Of a stretch of 64,000 bases of DNA, positions 48,604 through 59,238 are shown piece by piece. A model generated the notes under the pieces. It ran no database searches. It saw only the letters and a list, made by a program, of their open reading frames with translations, and was not told where the DNA came from. Source of the stretch: Candidatus Sulfomarinibacteraceae bacterium (GTDB taxonomy: Bacteria > Acidobacteriota > Thermoanaerobaculia > Thermoanaerobaculales > Sulfomarinibacteraceae); NCBI GenBank assembly GCA_963796455.1, contig CAWCLO010000004.1, positions 896,001-960,000 on the forward strand, given 5' to 3'. The translations under genes were made by a program, and so were the position numbers. Each line of letters starts with the position of its first letter. Position 1 is the stretch's first letter.

Positions 48604-50436
48604 ATGACGGCGATCCTTGGTATCTCGGCCTACTACCACGATTCCGCGGCGGCCCTGGTGGTCGACGGCAGAATTGTCGCCGCCGCCCAGGAAGAACGAT
48701 TCACGCGGGTCAAACACGACCACGAGTTTCCAAAGAACGCAATTGACTATTGCCTCAAAGAGGCTGGGATCGAACCCGGTGATCTGGATTATGTCGGTTT
48801 CTACGACAAGCCCTTCCTCAAGTTTGAACGGATTCTCGAGACCTATCTTTCATTCGCCCCGGTGGGTTTTCGGTCCTTTCTCAAGGCGATGCCCTTGTGG
48901 ATGCGGCAGAAACTTCATCTGCCGCGGGAGATCCGCCGCGAGCTCGACGGTCACTATCGGCGCCAGATCGTCTTCACCGAGCACCACGAGTCGCACGCTG
49001 CTTCGGCATTCTTTCCTTCGCCCTTCGAGGTGGCGGCGGTCCTGACTCTCGACGGGGTTGGGGAGTGGGCCACCGCCAGCTTCGGAGTCGGACGCGGCAA
49101 CAAGCTCGAGCTCAGCCACGAACTCCAGTTTCCCCACTCGCTCGGGCTGCTCTATTCGGCATTCACCTATTTCTGCGGATTCAAGGTGAATTCAGGCGAA
49201 TACAAGCTGATGGGCTTGGCGCCATACGGTACTCCGCGTTATACGGAAGAGATCTACGACAAACTCCTCGATCTTCGCGACGACGGTTCCTTTCGCCTGG
49301 ATCTCTCCTATTTCAACTACTGCCAGGGTCTCACCATGACATCGCATCGTTTCGATGGGCTCTTCGGAGGCCCGCCGCGGGCGCCGGAGTCGCCGCTGAC
49401 TCAGCGGGAAATGGACATCGCGGCCTCGATTCAAAAGGTAACGGAGGAGATCGTCCTCCGCTCGGTGCGCCACATTCACGATCAAACCGGGGTCAAGAAT
49501 CTCTGTTTGGCAGGGGGCGTCGCGTTGAATTGTGTCGGCAACGGTCGTATCCTCCGCGAAGGCCCTTTCGAGAATATCTGGATTCAGCCCGCCGCGGGTG
49601 ACGCCGGAGGCGCCCTCGGTACTGCCCTCTTCATCTGGTATCAGCTTCTGGACAATCAACGGAAGACCGAATCTCCGGATGCTCAGACCGGCTCCCTTTT
49701 GGGGCCGAGGTTCTCCGATGAAGAGATCGAGTCCTACCTCGAGAAGACCGGTTCGGTTTATCGCCACTTCGCGGACCCGGATGAGCTCGACCGCGAGATC
49801 GTCGATCTCATCGAAGGCGGCAAGGTCGTCGGTCTCTTCCAGGGTCGTATGGAGTTCGGACCTCGCGCCCTCGGGTGCCGTTCCATCATCGGTGATGCAC
49901 GAAGTCGCGAGATGCAATCGGTGATGAATCTGAAGATCAAATTCCGCGAATCATTCCGGCCCTTTGCACCGATCGTCCTGCGAGAACAGGTATCCGAGTA
50001 CTTCGAGATGGAGGATGAGGAAGACAGTCCCTACATGCTCCTGGTGGCGTCCGTCGCCGAGGACAAACTTCTCGCGGTCGACGAGGGCGATGCCGAAGGG
50101 CTCGACAAGCTGAAACAGATCCGCTCCCAGGTGCCGGCGATCACCCATGTTGACAACTCGGCCCGAGTTCAGACTGTTGATCCCGTTCGCCACGAACGTC
50201 TGCATCGTTTGATGTCGTGTTTTTTCAAAAGAACAGGATGTCCTGTGATGATCAATACCTCTTTCAATGTTCGTGGCGAACCCATCGTCTGCACTCCGAA
50301 GGACGCCTATCACTGTTTTATGGGCACCGATATGGATGTGCTGGTGCTGGAGAACTTCGTTCTGCTCAAACCGGATCAACCGGAAACCGCGGCGCCGGAC
50401 CGCGATGAATACCTCGCGCAATTCGAGTTGGATTGA
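48604..50436 (+). CDS. Carbamoyltransferase (NodU/CmcH/SxtI family)
   Basis: ILGISAYYHDS, HHESHAAS, DGVGE, GEYKLMGLAPYG, EFGPRALG, NTSFN. Confidence 0.95.
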   Translation: MTAILGISAYYHDSAAALVVDGRIVAAAQEERFTRVKHDHEFPKNAIDYCLKEAGIEPGDLDYVGFYDKPFLKFERILETYLSFAPVGFRSFLKAMPLWMRQKLHLPREIRRELDGHYRRQIVFTEHHESHAASAFFPSPFEVAAVLTLDGVGEWATASFGVGRGNKLELSHELQFPHSLGLLYSAFTYFCGFKVNSGEYKLMGLAPYGTPRYTEEIYDKLLDLRDDGSFRLDLSYFNYCQGLTMTSHRFDGLFGGPPRAPESPLTQREMDIAASIQKVTEEIVLRSVRHIHDQTGVKNLCLAGGVALNCVGNGRILREGPFENIWIQPAAGDAGGALGTALFIWYQLLDNQRKTESPDAQTGSLLGPRFSDEEIESYLEKTGSVYRHFADPDELDREIVDLIEGGKVVGLFQGRMEFGPRALGCRSIIGDARSREMQSVMNLKIKFRESFRPFAPIVLREQVSEYFEMEDEEDSPYMLLVASVAEDKLLAVDEGDAEGLDKLKQIRSQVPAITHVDNSARVQTVDPVRHERLHRLMSCFFKRTGCPVMINTSFNVRGEPIVCTPKDAYHCFMGTDMDVLVLENFVLLKPDQPETAAPDRDEYLAQFELD

Positions 50437-50445
50437 GGTGTCGCC

Positions 50446-50865
50446 ATGAGTGTCGTTCAGATCAATACTGACCCCACCCGGAAACAGCTCAATCAATTCG
50501 GATTCATCTGGATGGGCTTCGTGGCTTTTTTTGGCCTCGTTGCCTACTTCAAATTCGGTCAACCGCAGGTGGCGCGTGGTCTCTGGATCGCATCGGTGGT
50601 CGTACCGGCCATCGGTTGGATCTTTCCTCCCATCATGCGCCTCGTTTTTCTCGGGATGTCCTATCTCGCCTGGCCCATCGGTTTTGTCGTCTCACACGTG
50701 GTCCTGGCACTGGTCTATTACCTCGTGTTGACGCCTATCGGTCTGCTCATGCGGCTCTTCAGGTATGATCCTATGAGAAGGAAGTTCGACCGCGAGGCGT
50801 CAAGTTATTGGATCGAACGCGCGACGGTGACCGGGGACCCGAAGCGGTACTTCCGCCAGTTTTGA
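50446..50865 (+). CDS. SxtJ-family membrane protein
   Basis: LNQFG, LTPIGLLMRLF..DPM, SYWI, C-terminal RQF; follows the carbamoyltransferase. Confidence 0.85.
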   Translation: MSVVQINTDPTRKQLNQFGFIWMGFVAFFGLVAYFKFGQPQVARGLWIASVVVPAIGWIFPPIMRLVFLGMSYLAWPIGFVVSHVVLALVYYLVLTPIGLLMRLFRYDPMRRKFDREASSYWIERATVTGDPKRYFRQF

Positions 50866-50874
50866 GGGGTTGGA

Positions 50875-51078
50875 ATGACTGATCACGAAACCAACGGTTC
50901 CGAATTCGAACGCGAGGCAAGCGAAAAACCACAGGGAATCGTGCGCGAGTTTCTCGATTTCTTGATGCATAACAAGAAGTGGTGGTTGACACCCATCATT
51001 CTGGTTTTGCTGCTGGTCACAGTCCTGATCGTGCTTTCCGGTTCCGCTGCGGCGCCCTTTATCTACACGCTCTTCTGA
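50875..51078 (+). CDS. DUF5989 / SxtK-like small membrane protein
   Basis: KKWWLTPI...AAPFIYTLF. Confidence 0.88.
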   Translation: MTDHETNGSEFEREASEKPQGIVREFLDFLMHNKKWWLTPIILVLLLVTVLIVLSGSAAAPFIYTLF

Positions 51079-51115
51079 TGCCTGAAACGTTGCGGGATTG
51101 AGGTAGGCTGAGGGC

Positions 51116-52195
51116 ATGGACAGGCGCAAAACAGGTCTCGGATCCCGCGGGTTGGCGGTCGGAGCGGCTGCGGTCATCGTACTGGCGGGGCTGAAGGCCG
51201 CCCAGGCCTTGGTGATTCCGTTTCTTTTGGCCCTCTTCCTGGCCATCATCTGCAGCCCGGCAGTCGCCTGGATGACACGCCGTCGAGTTCCCGTAGCGCT
51301 CGCGGTACTGATCGTGGTCGTGATTCTGTTGGGAGTCTTCTCGGGCTTCGGTGCGATCGTCGGGAGTTCGGTGAATGAATTCGCATCCTTCGCGAGCCTG
51401 TATCAAAGCAGATTCGACGGTCTCTTGAAGTCGGTGTCGACCTGGGCGGTAGCTCACGACATCGACCCGGAGTCCCTCGACGTGCTCATGATGCTGCAGC
51501 CCAGCGAATTGATGAATCTGCTGGGCGGGGTACTGAAGAATCTGGCCAACGTCCTGTCGAATCTCTTTTTGATTCTCCTCACGATGATCTTCATGCTTCT
51601 CGAGGCGGCGAGTCTTCCGACCAAGATCAAGGCGGCGGTGGGGCACGGGCGATTCGATGTCGAAAACACCAGGCAGGTTGTTACCCAGGTTCAGCAATAC
51701 CTCGGAATCAAAACTGCAACCAGTCTGACCACCGGCATCGTGGTCGGACTCTGGACCGCCATTATCGGCCTCGATTTTGCGGTGGTCTGGGGACTGCTCG
51801 CATTCCTCCTCAACTACATTCCAAGCATCGGTTCGATTGTGGCGGCGGTCCCGGCGGTGCTCCTGGGGCTGGTTCAGGGGGGCTTCGGCTACGCAATCCT
51901 GGTGGCTGTCGGCTATGTCGTGGTCAACGTGACCATCGGAAACTTCGTCGAGCCCTTTCTGTTGGGCCGCACCCTCGGGATGTCGACTCTGGTTGTTTTC
52001 ATGTCATTGGTCTTTTGGGGATTCATGTGGGGCAGCATCGGGATGCTGCTCTCGGTCCCGCTCACGATGATCATCAAGATTCTGCTCGACAATACCGATG
52101 ACCTGAAATGGGTTGCCGTGATGCTCGATAGCCGTCGTGGGGCCGAGAAGCGCCTCGAAGCGATGGCTGCCGATTCGCCAGCCACCTCCGAGTGA
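51116..52195 (+). CDS. AI-2E-family transporter
   Basis: YLGIKT, LNYIPSIGS, GNFVEP, WGFMWG..GMLLSVPLT. Confidence 0.93.
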   Translation: MDRRKTGLGSRGLAVGAAAVIVLAGLKAAQALVIPFLLALFLAIICSPAVAWMTRRRVPVALAVLIVVVILLGVFSGFGAIVGSSVNEFASFASLYQSRFDGLLKSVSTWAVAHDIDPESLDVLMMLQPSELMNLLGGVLKNLANVLSNLFLILLTMIFMLLEAASLPTKIKAAVGHGRFDVENTRQVVTQVQQYLGIKTATSLTTGIVVGLWTAIIGLDFAVVWGLLAFLLNYIPSIGSIVAAVPAVLLGLVQGGFGYAILVAVGYVVVNVTIGNFVEPFLLGRTLGMSTLVVFMSLVFWGFMWGSIGMLLSVPLTMIIKILLDNTDDLKWVAVMLDSRRGAEKRLEAMAADSPATSE

Positions 52196-52359
52196 GCTGA
52201 AAAACCCTCGAAAACGCTGCGGACGCCAGCGAGACCCATTCAGAAATGATTATTTGGGAGTTCTTCATAAAACTTCGGTTTCGGGGGTCGAAAACGAGCT
52301 CGCTTTCCTGTCGGGCACTTGTCAGAGAGATTACAATGGACCGCCAAGGGGGAGGGCTG

Positions 52360-55014
52360 ATGTTCAAAAGTTCAGGTTTTGTTGGTTTTGTTTTCGCGAT
52401 TTCGATGATCGTTGTTTTCGTGCCGGTCGCAGGCGCAGACGACCCCATCCCGACACCGGAAAGCGTTCTCGGTTTCGTGCCCGGGTCCGATCGTCAATTA
52501 ATGGACTACGGTCAATTGACCGGTTATCTGCAGCAGCTCTCCGACGCCTCATCCAGAATCGAAATGCGGGAGGTCGGAAAGACCCCGCTCGGACGAACCA
52601 TGTACGTTTTGTTCGTTTCGTCGCCCGAGAATATCGGCCGGCTGGACGAACTCCGCGACATCAACAAGCGACTGGCGCTGGATCCGGAGATTCCGGATGA
52701 CGAGCGGGTCGGTCTGGTAGATCAGGCTCGCGTCTTTGTGATGGAGGCGCTGTCCATGCACTCCGGCGAGGTCGCCCCGAGTCAGTCGTTGGCACTCTTC
52801 GCCTATCAGATGGCGACGACCGAAGATCCTGAGGTCCTTGCCGAGATGGCGAATGTGGTCCAGATGTTTGTTCCGTGCCACAACCCGGACGGGATGGACC
52901 TGGTGGTCGAACACTACCGCAAATACCTCGGAACCAAGTATGAGGGCTCGTCACTCCCACAGGTCTACCACAAGTATGTCGGACACGATAACAACCGCGA
53001 TTTTGTCGCTCTGACTCAAGAAGACACACGAGTGATCGCACGCCTCTACAGCACCGAGTGGTATCCCCAGGTGATGGTGGAAAAACACCAGATGGGCTCG
53101 ACCGGGCCCCGCTACTACGTGCCGCCGAATCACGACCCGATCGCCCAGGTGATCGACGAAGGATTGTGGAACTGGTCGAAGATCTTTGGCGCCAACCTGC
53201 AGCGCGACATGACGGCTGACGGCAATCTGGGCGTCGCGAGTCACTGGGTTTTTGACGACTATTGGCCGGGCTCCACCGAAACCTCGTTGTGGAAGAACAT
53301 GATCAGTTTTCTCACCGAGGCGGCGAGTTGTAAGACTGGCACCGCGATCTACGTCGAACCGACCGAGCTCTCGGTTCGGGGCAAAGGCCTTTCCGAATAC
53401 AAGAAGGGTGTCAACCTTCCCGCTCCGTGGCCCGGCGGCAGGTGGGGGCTCGATGACATCGTTGATTTCGAACTTTCTTCGATGTACTCGATCCTGGGGA
53501 CCGCTTCCCGCCATCGCGCGGAGATCCTTCGTTTTCGCAACGATCTCTGCCGCAAAGAGGTTGAAAAGGGTCGCACCCAGGCGCCCTACTACTACGTCCT
53601 TCCAGCGCAGCAACATGATGCAGGAGAGCTCGCGGCATTGGTTGAACTTCTCGGGCGCCACGGCGTCGTCGTCAATCATCTGAAGGCTGACACCATGATT
53701 GGCGAGAACCACTTTTCGGCGGGAGACTTCGTGGTTTCGCTGAGCCAACCATACCGGGCATTCGTGAAGGAGATGATGGAGCATCAGGTATACCCCGAGC
53801 GCCACTACACACCCGACGGGGAGTTGATCAAGCCCTACGACATCACCAGTTGGTCGCTGCCGTTGCACATGGGCGTGAAAGCCATCCAGGTTGACACCCG
53901 CTCCGAGGTTTTCGAGGCGAATCTCGAGGCACTTGATGCCGGGCCCGACTCCCAGGCTGTCGATCTGCCAGACGGTGTCTGGGGAGTGGCCTTTTCGGCC
54001 AACGACAATCAGTCGTACAAGGCGGCTTTTGCCGCCCTCGAAGCGGGCCTCGAGGTCGGTCGTCTGACTCACCCATTCGGTGCTGAAGGGAGTGAGCTTC
54101 CTGCCGGGAGTTTCGTGGTTCTTGCGGGGTCGAAAAGGACCGACATCCTGCAGAAGATCGTCGATGAAACTACAGTCAATGGGCGGGTCTTCGAGTCGGA
54201 GATCACCGCGGCTAGGCAGCCGGTCCGTCTGCCCAGAATCGCTCTTGTGGAGACCTTCTTCCACGATATGGACGCCGGTTGGACCCGCTATCTCTTTGAC
54301 ACCTACGGCATCGCATTCACAGTTCTCAATCCCGGTGATTTCGAAACGACGGATTTTACAAAATTCGACGTCGTCGTCTTTCCGAGCGCCAGCAAAGACG
54401 TGCTCACCAAGGGTAAGTACAAACGCGGTGATCGATACGTGGTCAACGACTACCCCCCGGAGTACCGCAAACCCATCTCGAAAAAGGGTCTCGGCAAATT
54501 GACGGAGTTCATTCAGGGTGGAGGCATCGTGGTCTCCTGGGGTGATTCGACGGCGTTGTTCACCGATGGTCTCGAGGTTGCCGATGGCGAAAAAGATGAG
54601 GGCGACACCATCGAGCTGCCGGTTCGGGACATCTCGAAGGGCGCCCGGGATCAAGGCCTGCTGGCTCCCGGTGCTTTCCTCGCTGTTGATTTTCTCAAAG
54701 ACCATCCCCTGACCTGGGGCATGCCGGAAAAGGGCGGCGCCTTTTCGCGCGGCACTCCGGTCCTGCAAACCTCGATCCCGAGGCTCGATACCGATCGCAG
54801 GGTGATTGCGATTCACCCGGATCGCGATCTTCTGGTGAGTGGATATCTTGCCGGAGGAAAGGCCCTCCAGAATCTCCCTGCCATGGTCTGGGTTCGCTCC
54901 GGTCAAGGCCAGCTGGTACTATTTGCTTTCCGGCCCCAGCACCGGGGGTCGACGCCGGCGACCTTCAAGCTGGTTTTCAACTCGTTGCTTTTACCACCGG
55001 TAAGCGCGGAATAG
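52360..55014 (+). CDS. Secreted M14 zinc carboxypeptidase with C-terminal GATase-like domain
   Basis: Signal peptide; HSGE, HNPDG, DNNRD, EKHQMG; PYDITSWSLP; GGAGG SD before ATG 52360. Confidence 0.88.
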   Translation: MFKSSGFVGFVFAISMIVVFVPVAGADDPIPTPESVLGFVPGSDRQLMDYGQLTGYLQQLSDASSRIEMREVGKTPLGRTMYVLFVSSPENIGRLDELRDINKRLALDPEIPDDERVGLVDQARVFVMEALSMHSGEVAPSQSLALFAYQMATTEDPEVLAEMANVVQMFVPCHNPDGMDLVVEHYRKYLGTKYEGSSLPQVYHKYVGHDNNRDFVALTQEDTRVIARLYSTEWYPQVMVEKHQMGSTGPRYYVPPNHDPIAQVIDEGLWNWSKIFGANLQRDMTADGNLGVASHWVFDDYWPGSTETSLWKNMISFLTEAASCKTGTAIYVEPTELSVRGKGLSEYKKGVNLPAPWPGGRWGLDDIVDFELSSMYSILGTASRHRAEILRFRNDLCRKEVEKGRTQAPYYYVLPAQQHDAGELAALVELLGRHGVVVNHLKADTMIGENHFSAGDFVVSLSQPYRAFVKEMMEHQVYPERHYTPDGELIKPYDITSWSLPLHMGVKAIQVDTRSEVFEANLEALDAGPDSQAVDLPDGVWGVAFSANDNQSYKAAFAALEAGLEVGRLTHPFGAEGSELPAGSFVVLAGSKRTDILQKIVDETTVNGRVFESEITAARQPVRLPRIALVETFFHDMDAGWTRYLFDTYGIAFTVLNPGDFETTDFTKFDVVVFPSASKDVLTKGKYKRGDRYVVNDYPPEYRKPISKKGLGKLTEFIQGGGIVVSWGDSTALFTDGLEVADGEKDEGDTIELPVRDISKGARDQGLLAPGAFLAVDFLKDHPLTWGMPEKGGAFSRGTPVLQTSIPRLDTDRRVIAIHPDRDLLVSGYLAGGKALQNLPAMVWVRSGQGQLVLFAFRPQHRGSTPATFKLVFNSLLLPPVSAE

Positions 55015-55029
55015 GACGATTGACGGAAG

Positions 55030-57363
55030 GTGTGCGCGGCAGCTGATGCTGCCGCTTTCACCGGCCGAGGAGCATTCCAAAACGTGTTTGGTTTTTTTGC
55101 GAAACCCTGGGATCGATGCGCACCCGGTGCGCCCCGAATCGCCTTGCTTGCGATCATGGGACTGGTTGTTCTTTCGAGTGCGCCCGGGTACTGCCAGGAA
55201 AACGAAACCACCAAACCCTTTGAGGTTCCGCGGGCGACGTCAGAGGTCGTGATCGATGGCGTGGTCGATGAGCAGGCCTGGGACGACGCACTGATTCTGG
55301 AGCTTCGTTACGAAGTCCGGCCGGGAGAAAACATCGAACCTCCGGTGCGGACGGTGGGCTATGTGACCTTTGATGAACATCACGTCCTGGTCGCCTTCAA
55401 AGCCTATGACCCCGAGCCGGATAAGATCCGCGCCCGCTATCGGGATCACGATCAGGTGTTTGGCGACGATTACGTCGGCATCACACTGGACACGTTCAAC
55501 GACCAACGTCGGGCTTACCAGTTCTGGGTCAACCCTCTCGGCGTGCAACTCGACGCGGTCTACAATGACCTGGAAAGTGACTTCGACCGGGCATGGGATG
55601 GGATCTGGGAATCGGCGGGCCGTCTGACCGATTTTGGCTACGAGGTCGAATTTGCAATTCCCTTCAACCAGATCCGATTCCAGAACCTCGCAGGTCCACA
55701 GATCTGGGGACTCGACCTGACACGGACCTACCCACGTGACAATCGTTATCAGATGGGACTCTTTCCACGTGAACGCGGCGCCAACAGCTTGCTGGCGCAG
55801 GAAGAGAGAATCGAGGGATTCGCGGGTGTTTCGCCGGGACGCAATCTCGAGTTGGTTCCGACACTGACCGGTTTCGTGCATCAGGAACGACCGGATTTCC
55901 CGGACTCGATGGAAACCTCGGAGGAAAAGAGCCTCGAACCAGGGGTCACCGGCAGGTGGGGAATCACGCCGAACATCACCCTGATCGGCGCCATCAATCC
56001 GGACTTCTCCCAGGTCGAGGCCGATGCGGTGAAGTTGGCCATCAACGAACGATTCGCGCTCTTTTTTGAAGAAAAGCGCCCATTCTTTCTTGAAAGTTCC
56101 GACTATTTCGAAACCGGTATGAACCTGCTCTACACGCGGATGATCAACGATCCCATCGCAGCCCTCAAGACAACTGGAAAGATGGACGCCAACACCTTCG
56201 GGTTGTTCGCGGCGCGCGACGAGATCACCAATGTTGTCGTCCCGGGTGCACAGGGCTCGGATTCGGGCTCCTTCGAAAGCGCCAGCAACTCCCTGGTCGG
56301 TCGCTATCGCTACGATATCGGGCTCGAGTCCGCGATCGGAGTGTTATTTACCGAGCGTCAGGGAGAAGACGGCTACTTCAATCGGGTCGGCAGCCTCGAC
56401 GGCACTTTTCGTCCGACCTCGTCGGATGAGATCTCAGTCAACGCCGCCTATTCGAACACCCGATATTCCGGTGAGATGCAGGAGGAGTTCGAAGTCAGCG
56501 CTAAGGAATTCGGCGATTACGCTCTGACCCTCAAATACAAACACACCACACGATCGTGGTGGGTCTTTTCCGAGTTCCTGGATTTCGGTGAGGGATTTCG
56601 TGCAGATCTCGGGTTCATCCCGCGGGTCGGCTTTCGGCAGGGGACTGCTGGTGCCGGTTACATCTTGTGGGGAGACTCGGAGCACTGGTACAACCGTCTC
56701 GAATTCAGCGGCTTTGTCGGGCGCACGGAAGATCGGAACCGGGAGCAACTGGCTGACGTGGCGTTGGTTTCCTTCGGGGGCGAGGGGCCGCTGCAATCCC
56801 ACTTTCGACTCGAGCTGGCCGAGCGAACCGAGGTGTATGAAGGCGTTCGCTTCGAGAATCTCTTCACGCCGGAGTTTTTCCTCAGGATGCGTCCGACCGC
56901 GTCCTTTTCATTTCGGGTCAGAGGAACACTCGGCGATTGGATCGATTTCACCAATGTTCGACCGGCGGACCGCGTCCAGATCCATGGAAGCCTCGACTTC
57001 AATATCGGGCGTCACTTCGAACTGGATCTCGGCCACACCTATTCCATCCTTGATGTGGAGGGGGGTCGCTTGTTCACGGCCAACGTATCCGAGCTGAAGG
57101 CGGTGTGGCAGTTCACTACCCGAACCTTCGTTCGGGCGATTGTTCAACACACCGATATCAGTCGGGATCAGGATCTTTACGAGGACCAGGTCGATACCGA
57201 GAGTCGAGATTTTTTTGTCCAACTCCTGTTCTCCTACAAGGTGAATCCGCAGACCGTCTTCTTCTTCGGCTACAGCGAAGGCGGAGAGGAGAACCAGGAC
57301 TTTCCGTTGACCACGATCGATCGCACGCTCTTTCTGAAGATCGGTTACGCGTGGCTCTGGTGA
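55030..57363 (+). CDS. CBM9-like + DUF5916 outer-membrane protein (start uncertain, possibly 55084 or 55156)
   Basis: IDGVVDEQAW, DTFNDQR, EFAIPF, NPDFSQVEAD, FEEKRPFF, FRADLGF, C-terminal KIGYAWLW. Confidence 0.82.
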   Translation: MCAAADAAAFTGRGAFQNVFGFFAKPWDRCAPGAPRIALLAIMGLVVLSSAPGYCQENETTKPFEVPRATSEVVIDGVVDEQAWDDALILELRYEVRPGENIEPPVRTVGYVTFDEHHVLVAFKAYDPEPDKIRARYRDHDQVFGDDYVGITLDTFNDQRRAYQFWVNPLGVQLDAVYNDLESDFDRAWDGIWESAGRLTDFGYEVEFAIPFNQIRFQNLAGPQIWGLDLTRTYPRDNRYQMGLFPRERGANSLLAQEERIEGFAGVSPGRNLELVPTLTGFVHQERPDFPDSMETSEEKSLEPGVTGRWGITPNITLIGAINPDFSQVEADAVKLAINERFALFFEEKRPFFLESSDYFETGMNLLYTRMINDPIAALKTTGKMDANTFGLFAARDEITNVVVPGAQGSDSGSFESASNSLVGRYRYDIGLESAIGVLFTERQGEDGYFNRVGSLDGTFRPTSSDEISVNAAYSNTRYSGEMQEEFEVSAKEFGDYALTLKYKHTTRSWWVFSEFLDFGEGFRADLGFIPRVGFRQGTAGAGYILWGDSEHWYNRLEFSGFVGRTEDRNREQLADVALVSFGGEGPLQSHFRLELAERTEVYEGVRFENLFTPEFFLRMRPTASFSFRVRGTLGDWIDFTNVRPADRVQIHGSLDFNIGRHFELDLGHTYSILDVEGGRLFTANVSELKAVWQFTTRTFVRAIVQHTDISRDQDLYEDQVDTESRDFFVQLLFSYKVNPQTVFFFGYSEGGEENQDFPLTTIDRTLFLKIGYAWLW

Positions 57364-57426
57364 GGCTCGGACTCTGAGCGCTCCCACGAGAAACCATGCG
57401 GCCGCCGGTCGAAACGAGCGACCCTC

Positions 57427-57978
57427 GTGACGCTGGCCGAGATTCTGGTCCTCGCCGTGGGTCTCTCGATGGACGCTTTTGCCGTTTCGCTCGCTGGAGG
57501 CGCGGCAGGTAGGTTACGCCAGCCCCGGTCGGCCATCCGCCTGGCGTTTCACCTCGGGCTCTTTCAGTTCATGATGCCGGTGATCGGGTGGTATGCGGGG
57601 TCGCGGGCGGCCCACCTCGTTTCATCATGGGGTCACTGGGTTGCATTTGTCCTTCTGGCATTTGTCGGGGCACGGATGGTGATCTCCGGCCTCGGCTCGC
57701 ACGATGGCGGGACGGCGCCCACCGATCCGTCCAAAGGCTGGAATCTGGTCGCGTTAAGCGTCGCCACCAGCATCGATGCCCTGGCGATCGGGCTGAGTCT
57801 GGCCCTCGTCGGGGTGGCGATCTGGCAGCCGAGCGTCATCATCGGAGTGGTCACCGGAGTGCTCTCGTTGATCGGCATCGCCATCGGTGGCAAGGCCGGG
57901 GCTCGATTCGGGCCGCGGATGGAGGTCGCCGGTGGACTGTTGCTGCTGGCGATCGGAATCCGAATCGTCCTCTTCTAG
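57427..57978 (+). CDS. mntP: Manganese efflux pump
   Basis: GLSMDAFAV, FQFMMP, ATSIDALA, E.AGG. Confidence 0.92.
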   Translation: MTLAEILVLAVGLSMDAFAVSLAGGAAGRLRQPRSAIRLAFHLGLFQFMMPVIGWYAGSRAAHLVSSWGHWVAFVLLAFVGARMVISGLGSHDGGTAPTDPSKGWNLVALSVATSIDALAIGLSLALVGVAIWQPSVIIGVVTGVLSLIGIAIGGKAGARFGPRMEVAGGLLLLAIGIRIVLF

Positions 57979-59175
57979 CTATGGGCGCTCGGGGGTTCGA
58001 ATCTGGAGACAGACGAAGAAACCGACCAGAGCGATTGCCCCGGCCAGGATGAAGACCCAACGAAATCCGTAGTTCACCCAGATATATCCGGAGAGAATCG
58101 GCAGGGTCATGGCTACGGCGTGGTCGATGCTGATGCCCAAGGAGATGGTCGGCGTGATGTCGGCCGGGTCATCGGCGATCTTTTTCAGATAGGTGGTTCG
58201 CGCGACGCGCAGCGCAAAGAGGACCATGTCGAGGATGTAGGCGGCGTAAAGGGCGAAGAGCACGGCCGTGCCGGAGAGGACATCTCCAGCAAAGGCATAC
58301 GTCAGGCAGATGGCGAGCAAGAGCAGCTCGTCCGCCGCCAGCACTGTGCGTTCGCCGACCCAGTCGATGACTTCTCCCAGGAGCGGCCGCATGATGACAC
58401 CGAGGGTGGCGGCGGTAAAATAGAGCAGAGCGATCGTGCTCAGAGAGACACCGTGGATCTCGATCAAAACCCAGGCACCAAAAGCGAGGAAGATCTGTTT
58501 TCGGATTCCGAAGAGTGCCGAAATCACATAGAAGAGCCGATACTTCTTTTTATAGACAAGACGGCGGGAGGGCGCATCGCCCCGTCCGGTCTTCAGGCGG
58601 AGATAGAGCACGCCGGCGAGCAGGGCGGTGGCGGCGGCAATCGCAAAGAAGAGCGAGAAGCGATCACCAAGGGTCCGGGCGAGGACAAATACCAGCCCGA
58701 CGCCGACAATCGTGCCCAGGTTCCTGGCGCCACCGAACTGGCCGAGGCGGCGTCCTTCCTTGCCGCCGTCGGCGAGCTTGAGGGCAATCGGGCCTTCGAC
58801 CGTGAAAATGATGTGTTCTCCGAGAGACCAGATGACCACGAACACCACGAGGGCGGCGTGGGTTGGCGCGAGGTAACCGAGGCCTACGGCCCCGACGGCC
58901 GCCAGGACCATGGCCGCTGCCGCCATCTGGGTCTCACGAAAAAATGTCAACATGCCCCCGGCCACAAAGATGATGAGGAACCCGGGGAACTCCCGCGGCA
59001 GTTCGAGCCAACCACGCGCTTCGGCCCCGAGTTGTTGGACCTCGGCGAGGTAGTTGTTGAATGTGGCGGCGAAGATGCCGGCCGCCGCGCCAAAACACGC
59101 TGTCGCGACCAGGGCATCCCTCAGATCGTGGTTTGTGGTTTTCGGTCTCGTGATGGTCAAGCCGGTGCTCCTCAT
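57979..59175 (-). CDS. MFS transporter
   Basis: About 12 TM helices; RELPG-type REFPGF, GIRKQIF, GEVIDWVGER, SIDH. Confidence 0.85.
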   Translation of the reverse strand: MRSTGLTITRPKTTNHDLRDALVATACFGAAAGIFAATFNNYLAEVQQLGAEARGWLELPREFPGFLIIFVAGGMLTFFRETQMAAAAMVLAAVGAVGLGYLAPTHAALVVFVVIWSLGEHIIFTVEGPIALKLADGGKEGRRLGQFGGARNLGTIVGVGLVFVLARTLGDRFSLFFAIAAATALLAGVLYLRLKTGRGDAPSRRLVYKKKYRLFYVISALFGIRKQIFLAFGAWVLIEIHGVSLSTIALLYFTAATLGVIMRPLLGEVIDWVGERTVLAADELLLLAICLTYAFAGDVLSGTAVLFALYAAYILDMVLFALRVARTTYLKKIADDPADITPTISLGISIDHAVAMTLPILSGYIWVNYGFRWVFILAGAIALVGFFVCLQIRTPERP

Positions 59176-59238
59176 CGATGGCGCGAAGCGGTCCGCATTG
59201 TACGCGTATACTCCGCGATGTCGACGGAAGGAGAAAAG

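Noticed and set aside
48604..51078. Saxitoxin gene cluster
   Set aside because: Only the widespread sxtI/J/K-like triad is present; no sxtA, sxtG or other core genes.
57364..57426. yybP-ykoY Mn riboswitch before mntP
   Set aside because: The 63 bp gap is too short and I could not see the motif.
58120..59238. 1156 aa ORF starting at 58120
   Set aside because: The first 373 codons are antisense to the MFS gene; the SD and signal peptide indicate a start at 59239.
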